Translations under genes and position numbers: made by a program
The notes under the pieces: model-generated
Told to the model about the DNA's origin: nothing
Seen by the model: only the letters and a program-made list of their open reading frames with translations
Database searches by the model: none
Origin: Mobula birostris
Lineage: Eukaryota
Length of the DNA stretch: 64,000 nt
Direction: 5' to 3'
Assembly (NCBI RefSeq): GCF_030028105.1
Contig: NC_092381.1
Coordinates: 28,561,550-28,625,549 of the forward strand
Shown: positions 25,557 to 36,150 of the stretch, in pieces
How positions within the stretch are numbered: position 1 is the first letter of the stretch
How the letters are laid out: each line of letters opens with the position of its first letter

Positions 25557-28500
25557 CTGTGTCTGTCTCTCTCGCTCTCTCGCAACAGTCTCATCTCGCG
25601 TGTTCTTTCTCTCTCGCGCGCGCGCACTCTGTCTCTGCCTCTCTCTCTTTCCCCCCCCCCCTCTATTCTACTAAAAGCATTTTTAAGTATATAAAGGATA
25701 AAGGAGAGTTGAGTAGATATAGGACCAATAGAAAATGATGTTGGAGATATTGTAATGAGATACGCAGAGGTGGCAGAGGAATAGTGGAAGACATATGCAG
25801 TATACTGGACATTCAAGAGTGTCAGGGAAATGAAGTACGTGCAGTGAAAATTACAACTGAGAAGGGTGGATAAATCTCCTGGACCTGATGGAATGCACCC
25901 TCAGATTCTGAAGGAAGTAGCTGGAGAGATTGATTAACATTGATCTTTCAAGAATTGATAGATTCTGGCATTGTACCGGATGACTGGAAAACTGCAAATG
26001 TTACTCCGCTGTTTAAGAAGGGTGGAAAGCAGCGGAAAGGGAACTATAGACCTGTTAGCCTGACATCAGTGGTTGGGAAATTGTTTGGAATTGATTGTTA
26101 GGGATGAGATTACGGTGTACCTGGAGGCACCTGGCATGATAGGCTGAAGTCAGTATGGTTTCCTGAAAGGAAAATCCTGCCTAACTAACCTATTGCAATT
26201 CTTTGAGGAAATTACAAGTGGGGTATACAAAGGAGACGCAGTAGATGTGAAGACCTACTGCACAGAAGGCCTTTGACAAAGTGCCGCACATGAGCCTGCT
26301 TAGCAGGATAAGAGCCCAAGGAATTAGAGGGGAGTTACTAGCATGGGTGGAGCATTGACTGATCAGCAGAAAACAGAGAGTGGGAATAAAGGGAACCTTT
26401 TCTGGCTGGCTGCCGGTTACCAATGGAGTTCCACAGGGGTCGGAGTTGGGACTGCTGCTTTTTACGATCTATGTCAATGTTGGACTATGGGATTAATAGA
26501 CTTGTGGCTAAGTTTGCCGATGATACAAAGAAAGGTGGAGGAGCGGGTAGTGTTGAGGAAACAGAGAGCCTGCAGAGAGACTTGGATAGCTTAGGGAATG
26601 GACAAATAAGTGGCAAATGCAATACAGTGTTGGAAAGCATATGGTCATGCACTTTGGTGGAAGAAATAAACGGGCAGACTATTATTTAGATAGGGAGAGA
26701 ATTCAAAATGCAGAAATGCAAAGGGACTTGGAAGTCCTTGTGTAGGATACCCTAAAGGTTAACCTCCAGGTTGAGTCAGTGGTGAAGAAGGCGAATGCAA
26801 TGTGGGCATTCATTTCTAGAGGTGTAGAATATCAAAGCAGGGATGTGATGTTGAGGCTCGAAAAGGCACTCGTGAGATCACACTTGGAGTATTGTTTGCA
26901 GTTTTGGGCTCCTTATTTTAGAAGGGATATACTGAGATTGGAGAGGGTTCAGAGAAGATTCACGAGAATGATTCCAGGAATGAAAGGGTTACCGTATGAT
27001 GAATGTCTGATAGCTCTTGGGCTGTATTCCCTGGATTTTAGGAGAATGAGGGGGGGATCTCATAAAAACATTCCGATGTTAAAAGGCCTGAACAGATTAG
27101 ATATGACGAAGTTATTTCCCTTGATAGGCGTGTCTAGGACAAGAGGGCACGACTTCAGGATTGAAGGACATCCGTTTAGAACAGAGATGCGGAGAAATTA
27201 CTTCAGTAATAGGGTAGTAAATCTGTGGAATTTGTTGCCATGAGCAGCTGTGGAGACCAAGTCATTGGGAGAATTTAAGGCAGAGATAGGTTCTTGATTA
27301 GCCAGTGCATCAAAAGATATGGGGAGAAGGCAGGGGAGTGGGGATGACTGGATGAATTGGATCAGCCCATGATTGAATGGCGGAGCAGACTCGATGGGCT
27401 GACTGGCTTACTCTTCTGCTCCTATATCTTATGGTCTAAAAATGCAATCTGAGTTTTAAACTGAAGACATTGTCATCTGAATTAGACCATTGTGAACCCT
27501 ATTTTGGAGACAAGTTTATAACCTAAACTCACATTCCAGTGCAGTACCATGGAAGTTTTTCAACATTGGGTTGTAGCATCTTTAAGAGGAAGCATTAAAC
27601 TGAGGCCACATTTGTCCTTTCAATTAAGTGTTAAAAACAAAATCCTGTTTCCCTATTTTGAAAAGCATTGCATTCTACTCCACACCCTTGTCGATATTTA
27701 TCCTTCAAACAAAATCACAATATAAGATTATTTTTAGCATAGCTTACTGTTTGCAGAACCACAATTTTCTGTAAGTTTAATGCTTTGTTTCCTACCATGA
27801 TAATAGTTCATTTTAAAAATATTTAATTAACTGTGCAATATCTTGCAATTGCATTATTTTTTTCTTTGAACAAATGGAATTCCAAATGTTGTCAAAAAAT
27901 TATAGTTTCAGTAAAAAGTAGCCCTTTTTTGTTTTAAACAGATGATGGTTTATTGAATGATGTACTTCAATCCCCTGCATTAAATTAGTAAATGAAATTG
28001 TTAAATTGGTTTATTATTGTCACATGTACTTAGGTCCAGTAAAAACCTTTGTTTTGCATGCCATCCATATAGTTGGAGGGGCAGATAATCAGACAGTGTA
28101 TACATCTTTTGCAAACCCATCAGTAGTTGCACAGACACCTGAGGAGCAGACTATCTGTTGGATGGAAGTGACCAACAACTCTAATAGAGGCAGATGCCAA
28201 GTTTTAATCTCACCACTGGGAGGTGGTGTTTTAGCACTGCTGGCCCACCACCTTGAGGGAGTCTTGATCATAAGCGGGCCGAAACTCCTGAAGACAGGTA
28301 GCAGATCAACTGATGATCCCACTGGTGATAGCACAGGACAGTTAACATCTTAGTCCATGTGTATTTTCAATTCTAATTAGTTCATTGAGAAGTACAAGAG
28401 AAAATAGTAACAATGCAGAATTTAGTGCTATAGTGAAAGTGTAGTGCAGGCAGATGATAGGGTGCAAGGCCATGATAAGGTAGACTGTGAGGTCAAGAGT

Positions 28501-31500
28501 CCATCTTATTGTGTAGCGGTCAGGGCAATAATCTTATAACAGTGGAATAGAAGCTCTCCTGGAGTCTGGTACAGTAGTTGGTGAATAGTTTGAAGCAATG
28601 TTATCATACCTGAAAGACCCTCCCAGTTACATTATTCCATTGTACTGTGATGCAATCCTCATGGGCGCTTACTGGACATAACCCGGGAGCTGAATGTCAG
28701 GGTGAGTATTGTGCTAACAATTGTAGATGGGAGGAATTCACACGGAATCCTTTTCCTTCAGGGCTTCCTCTTTATTACATACTGACATCAACGGTGAGTC
28801 ACTTGTCCAGGAATGAAAACACCCCGATCCAAAGATTCCATTATTCTTATACTATTTCGTATCAGCATTCCCTCCACAGTCCCATTGTCTCTATCCTGCA
28901 TATGCTGTGTATATGTAGAATGAAGTCAGCCTTTTGCAGAGACTTCAGTGCCTATATATTAAGAGAGCCTTGTATGCTACATTAGCTATATGCAGTTCTA
29001 TCTTTACCTTGTATGTACAATGGGAAAATTCCATGCTGGAGTTTATGGGATTGTTATTAGGCTGGTAAACAGCTATGAGTTTATGATGGTTCACTTTAGC
29101 TGCAGTTTGGGATTACTTGAACCAGTTCCAGATTTTCTACGACAGGTACCAACCCTCTAGAGCATCCTTTCTCAACTGGGGTTACTAGCGAGAGGTCGCT
29201 AAAAGTTCTGCGAGAGATTGTACTTTTTAAAAAAAAAAATAAACACCTTTTTTGAACTTTGTGTGATGCCAGTGCTCACAGTGCTGGGCAGTGACTGAGC
29301 AGCCCCTTTCACCATCTCGTTGGGGGTCTCTCAGATCAATATGGGAGTGTACAGTACGACCATGTGTGTTTGGTTGAGTCCATTCTCAGTTTTTGGCGTG
29401 AGATAGGGGAGGTCATTGATAATTGTTGAGCGCTGTATTGCACGGATGGGAGGACAGTAGGCTAATGAGGAGCGTGAAGTGCATTTTCCAGGCATTCAAT
29501 GGACTCGCCCAACTTGGGCTGTAACGTCAGCCTCTCCCTCCTGAGTTACTATCTGCAACTCCCCCTTGAGCACTGCTGACTGATTTATGGGAGTGAACAA
29601 ACTCTACCGGTGTAGTAGAAAATGGGAGGGAAATTTTCATTCTAAAGAATTTCTATGTGCCGTGACTCAGCAGAACTTATTACTTGGAAAAGTCACAAGT
29701 TGGTGAGAACCTAATAATGCCAGTATGTAAAATTATAGTGGATAAAATGCTAGGACAAGATGCAGTACCGAGAAATTGGAAAAGGTTTCACTCTCAAATA
29801 GTACATAAAGTCAACATCTTGATGACCTATCTATCGCGTGATGCTGAAAAGGTTTTGTGTGATAAACTGAAAAATAATAGCGTTTCTATCCAGGTTGATG
29901 AGTCAACAGATCTCACCAATAAGTGTTATATTGTAAGATTTGTAAATGATGGTGAAATTCAAGAAGGTTTTTTCTTCTGCAAAGAGCTGCCTGAAACGAG
30001 CAAAGGCCAAGGTATAGTTAATGTTTTGTTTTCATAACTGGAAATTGTCACGAACCCCGTGATGGGAATAAAGAACCAGCAGAGATGGAAAACACTTTGG
30101 AGTCCAGTATTGCTATAAACTAATAATACTTATTAATAACTATGCAGTACAGTAATATAAATGTAGATAAATCAAACAGGTTAGCAATGATTATATATAT
30201 AATATGTAAGTATATCAGTAAGTGTGGAAATATATGTATGAAAAACCAAGCTTCTTTAAGTCTAGGGGTAAAAAGATACAGTTTTACGATGATGAGTAAA
30301 GTTCAGTTCAGTTCGTGGTATTGAGTTGAGTAGTGATGGGGAGAGAGAGGGAGAAATTTGAGTCTGCAGGTGAGCTGACACCGTTGATCTTTCTATTGTC
30401 CTTCGAAATCCTTTAAAAGTCACCGACTGTGACTTTAAGAAAGGGGACCAGTTTTCTGTGGTGGAGCTATCCCCCAGACGAGTGTGGACACATGGACAAC
30501 TCCCCACCAGTCAACCCTTTTCCTCTTTCCGCTGCAAGAGCGATGGATAGATCCGCCTGATCGATCCTCCAAAACCCACTTTTTCTGCAGGCACAACAAT
30601 GCTCATTCAGTGTCCAGAACATGTGTCTGAGGTCTACCACCTGACCTCCTATTTTATCTTCCTATGCTGAGCATCAACTGTCATTTAAATAATCCCTCCT
30701 TCCTCTCTGTGAAGAAATGCACAAGCAGGCAAAAAGTCCTTGAAGAAGTATCAACAACCTGACTTGGGTCACCATAGCCATTTTCGAGCTGCTCGGTGCC
30801 ATCTCTCTCCAACTCAGCAGAAATCCAAAAGTTAACGAGTTCTTAAAGTGACAGGCCNNNNNNNNNNNNNNNNNNNNNNNNNNNNNNNNNNNNNNNNNNN
30901 NNNNNNNNNNNNNNNNNNNNNNNNNNNNNNNNNNNNNNNNNNNNNNNNNNNNNNNNNNNNNNNNNNNNNNNNNNNNNNNNNNNNNNNNNNNNNNNNNNNN
31001 NNNNNNNNNNNNNNNNNNNNNNNNNNNNNNNNNNNNNNNNNNNNNNNNNNNNNNNNNNNNNNNNNNNNNNNNNNNNNNNNNNNNNNNNNNNNNNNNNNNN
31101 NNNNNNNNNNNNNTAACTCTCTTTTCAAAAGCACAGTTAATAGGGGTAATCCACGATCCCATCACACTCCCCTTCCTCAGAGACAAAAAATTGACGAAGC
31201 CGATTTTTGTTTTGTCTAAATGTAAATAACAGATTGAAACAATACAGGTAAAAATCATCAGATGACAGTGAAAATGTATACAGTTTCCAACTTAACATCT
31301 GGATAAGTAATCAGCTATAATATTGTCAGTACCTTTCACATGTTTGATTGTTAAGTCACATTCTTGCAATATCAGACTCCAATTTAACAACCTTCTATTC
31401 TTAACCTTCATTTTAGTTAAAAACACCAGCAGATTATGATCTGCGTAAATCACAAGGGGTCTTTGAGCAGGACAAATATAAACCTCAAAATGTTGTAAGG

Positions 31501-34500
31501 CCAGAATAAGTGCTAACAACTCTTTTTCAACAGTTGAATAATTTTTCTGGTGCACATTAAATTTCTTTGAGAAATAAGCCACTGGGTGTTCAATGTCATC
31601 CACACCCTTCTGTAACAGTACTGCCCCAGCAGCTTCGTCACTAGCGTCTGTTGCTATTGAGAATGGTTTTGAAAAATCAGGTGCTTTGAGCACAGGATGA
31701 TAACATAGGATGGTTTTCAGGCATTCAAATGCCTCCTGGCAAAGGTCACTCCATACAAATCTTTTACTCTTCCCCGGGAGTTTTGTTAGGGGGAGAGCGA
31801 TGTCAGCAAAGTTCTTACATAACTTATAGTAATACCTAACCATTCCCAAAAACCTTCTTGAAGCTTCCTTGCCCATCAAAACAGGAACTTCAGCAATAGC
31901 TTGAACCTTGGCCTGTACAAGAGCCATTTGGCCCTGGCCTACCACATAACCCAGATATGTAACTGTGGCATGGCCAAACTCACTTTTAGCAAGGTTCACA
32001 GTAAGATTGGCCTTGGAAAGTTCGTCAAACAGTTTTTCTACCGCTGCAATATGCTCTTCCCACGTGTCATTCCCGACCACTAAATCATTGATATAAACCC
32101 CTGTGCTTCCTAACCCTCCAGTCACAGAATTGATCATTCTTTGAAATGTCCCTGGTGCATTTTTCATCCCGAAGTGTAAAACATTGTATTCATACAGTCT
32201 AGATGGTATCCCAAATGCTGATATCTCCTTAGTCCTCTCTGTTAAAGGAACACCCCAGTATCCTTTTAACAAGTTAATCTTAATAAGGTATTTAGCCTTC
32301 CCCACTCTACCAATACAATCATCCATTCTCCTTCCTTGTTCTTTCTTGTTTCTAATTCCTTCTTCAACCCTTTTACTTTCCTCAAAATTGACTCTGTGAA
32401 GATGCCGTTTCATAGGCTGGGCTGAATCTATAATGACATGATGCACTGCCAATTCAAAATGCCAATTAGTCCTTTAACTTGTTTTTGCAGTTTTGGGTCC
32501 AACTGATAGACTTTATCAGTAATATTTTCCAAAACAATGGAATTCTGACATCTGGGTGAGACTGGGTTTAATGGGTAAACATGTTTTTCCACTTCATTAT
32601 CAGATTCCACGACTCCATTTTGTTCCATAACAATTCTCCCAGCTGCTATTCTAGCAAACAAGAGTCTTATTTTGATTCGACCATCTTGTAAGCTTTCCTT
32701 TGCAAGGACACAAAGCTTACTAAATCCCTTCCAGAATTCTCAGTAGTGTCAAAGGTCCTTTTGGCCTGTAACTGAATACAGGTTCCAACAAACTACCCTT
32801 CACTGCCTTCTGAATCAAATCTCCAACAATAAATAAGAGGAAGGGAACCCCCTCATCCCAATTTTTTCCATTTCTCACACAATGTGCTTTAATCATGGTT
32901 TTAAGAGTTGAGTTGAACCGTTCCAAGCCTCCCTTGGACTCTGTGTGATATGTAGATGACACCATGTGCTTAGCTACTAATTCTCTAACTATCCCCTAGA
33001 ATGTTCCCGAAATAAAGTTACTGCCCTGGTCAAATTGGATTTCTTTGGGTAGACCTACCAGTGTGTAAAACTTACTGAATGCTGTTACCACAATCTTGGC
33101 CTCGGTGTTTTCAAAAGACACTGCTTCAGGGGACCTAGACACAGCACACACAATTGTTAGCACATACTGATAACCAACTGCAGTCTTTTGCAGTGGGCCT
33201 ACACAATCCACTATGACCCTAGGGAAAGATTTACCAAAAGCAGGTATCTGTTTAAGCAGTGTGACTTGAATAACCTGATTAAATATCCCCTCAACTTGAC
33301 AGGTATGGCAAATCCTGTAAAAATTCACAACGTCCCTCCTTAAACTAGGCCAGTAAAATTTCTTCTTAATCCTGTTCACTGTCTTTCTCACTCCATGAGG
33401 TCCACCTAAAGGCATACTGTAAGCCATGTTTAAAATTTCAGCCCTGTAAACTTTCAGAACCATCACGTGACTTGCAGGCACTGTAGCTGGTCTCCACTTT
33501 CTCATCAGCACCCCATCTTTAGGGTAATATCCCACTGACTCTCTCTGAACCTCTTCTCCTGTGAGAGCCATCTCCTTTAAAGCCAACATTTCAGAATCTC
33601 ACTTCTGTTCCTTTATAAATTCCTTCCTCAATAAAGACAAACCTTTCCTTTCCTCCTTCCTCCTCTCAGCTTTACTACCCTCTAAGTCCTGCTGAAATTT
33701 AGAAGGTAGAAAAGTCTGTGACACATCATAATTTAAACCTCTGGTTTTGCTATTGTAGGCCTCAACAGCAGCTTTGTTCATCAGCTGAATTGCTGAAACA
33801 CTCTTATCTTGGAGAGGTGTCAACATACCCGCATTGTTTACAAAACTCAGTACCATCAGCAGGCTGATGAGAATCATGTATGCATTATGAAAGAGGCCAA
33901 ACAATCTCTTTATCAACTTTCTCCGACTTACCTGCATAACATTACACTGAATAACAGCATGACCTTGCAGGTGCTTACTTCCAAATGTCCAAACAAAATT
34001 CCACAGACGAGCACATCCCTTCTCAGCAGGCCTCTGTCTGCAAGCAGGGTCAAAGGTTGCGCAACAATCCAACCTTTCCCAGCACTTTATCCAAAAGTCC
34101 AGGAACAGCACTTTTCCCATTATTTTCAGCAACACCGACCTCATCAATTTCCACTTCTTCACCAACCTTTAAAACACTACTTAATACAAGTGACTGAGAA
34201 TCCTCACATTCCACTGGTAACAAAGTTAACCCCTTATTCACTGAACCAAGATCATCTGACACACAAAGACTGCATTCCTTTTCAACCAAGTCAGACACTT
34301 CAGACTTTAACTGAGCTTTAACATAAGGTTCAGGACTCTGTGAATTCACTTCCATAACCTGAACACATTCAATCGGAACAGTTGCCTCTTCTGGGCTGTC
34401 ATCCCTTGTCCCAATTTCAAATTCAAGGTCACCCCAAACCTCCCAGCTTTTCTCTGGCAAACTCTCATCTGGAGTAAACTCAACCCCGTGGGCTAAAACT

Positions 34501-36101
34501 TTTTTGTCTGCTTTCTTATCAAACCCCTTCAGGGTAGCGGCATCCTCTGCATCTGGGTATGCCCTTACCTCATCAGGAACACACCTTTTAAATTCACCAC
34601 ACAAAACAAGCCCTTCTGAGCTGCAAAAATCACCAGGGTCTGACACTAAACCTCTTTGCTGCTGCCTCTCTATCTTTTCCAGCTTGAACAGCCTCTGCTT
34701 GCCTGCCACGTGATCTTCACATTGCCATTTCTCCCTTTCAAACTGTCTCCGTTTTTCTGCCTCTTTCCGTTTTTCTGCCTATTGTCTCTGTCTTGCTGCC
34801 ACTTGTCTCTGTTTTGCTGCTTCGTCGCTCCGTTCTGCTGCCTCTGCTCTGTTTTGCTGCTTCTCTAGCCTCTCTCTTGAACTGTTTTAATTTCAATTCA
34901 TACTCCATTCTTAATTTTTCCAACTGAAGCTGAAGCTCATTCTCAATAAGTTTACCTTCCACGAACCTTTTCAACACCTCCTCATAAAACGTTCCTTTAT
35001 CTATATAATGCTGGGCTATTATCGTGTGCATCTGAGCTTTCCTCATTATAGTGGTCACCTTTAGTTTTAACTTTTGAGCAATTCCCAACAGCACAACCCT
35101 CGTAACATCATCCAACTCTTCCGGGGTTGGTTCCAACATAAACTCCTCAACACTAACATCCATTTTTGATGTATTTCCACATAACCAAATCAAAATGGAT
35201 TTTCCCCAATCAATTCAAAGCAGCCTCCTGACCAATTTGTTCATATCACGGACGCAGGCCCCAATTTTGTGAGGGACCCGGGACCGGAATAAAGAACCAG
35301 CAGAGATGGAAAACACTTTGGGGTCCAGTATTGCTATAAACTAATAATATTTATTAGTAACAACCCAATACAGTAATATAAATGTAGATAAATCAAACAG
35401 GTTAGCAATGATTATATATATCAGTAAGTGTGGAAATATATGTATGAAAAACCAAGCTTCTTTAAACCTAGGGGTAAAAAGATACAGTCTTATGATGATG
35501 AGTAAAGTTCAGTTCGGTTCGTGGTATTGAGTTGAGTAGTGATAGAGAGAGAGAGGGAGAAATTTGAGTCTGCAGGTGAGCTGACGCCATCGATCTTTCT
35601 GTTGTCCTTCGAAATCTTTTAAGAGTCACCAACTGTGACTTTAACAAAGAGAACCGGTTTTCTGTGGTGGAGCTATCCCCCAGGCAAGGGTGGACACATG
35701 GACAACTCCCCACCAGTCAACCCTTTTCCTCTTTCCACTGCAAGAGCGATGGATCGATCCGCCTGATCGATCCTCCAAAACCCACTTTTTCTGTGGGCAC
35801 AACAATGCTCATTCAGTGTCCAAAACATGTGTCTGAGGTCTGTATCATCTGACCTCCTATTTTATCCTCCCATGCTGAGCATCAACTGTCATTCAAGTAA
35901 TCCCTCCTTCCTCTCTGTGAAGAAATGCACAAGCAGGCAAAAAGTCCTTGAAGTATCAACAACCTGTCTTCCGTCACCATAGCAACTTTCGAGCTGCTCG
36001 GTGCCATCTCTCTCCAACTCAGCAGAAATCCAAAAGTTAATGAGTTCTTAAAGTGACAGGCCAACAGTTAATCTTCATCCATGCGTGTCTGTCTCTGTCT
36101 G

Positions 36102-36150
<49 letters not shown>

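Noticed and set aside
28275-28325. Possible type II hammerhead (gggccGAAActcctgaagacagg...CTGATGAtccc)
   Set aside because: The cores are present, but stem II cannot close (T opposite C) and stems I and III do not pair properly; likely chance.
29684-30037. Domesticated ZBED5/SCAND3-like host gene nested in the intron
   Set aside because: Multiple stops and frameshifts, intact TIR/TSD and interruption by an LTR element indicate a dead transposon.
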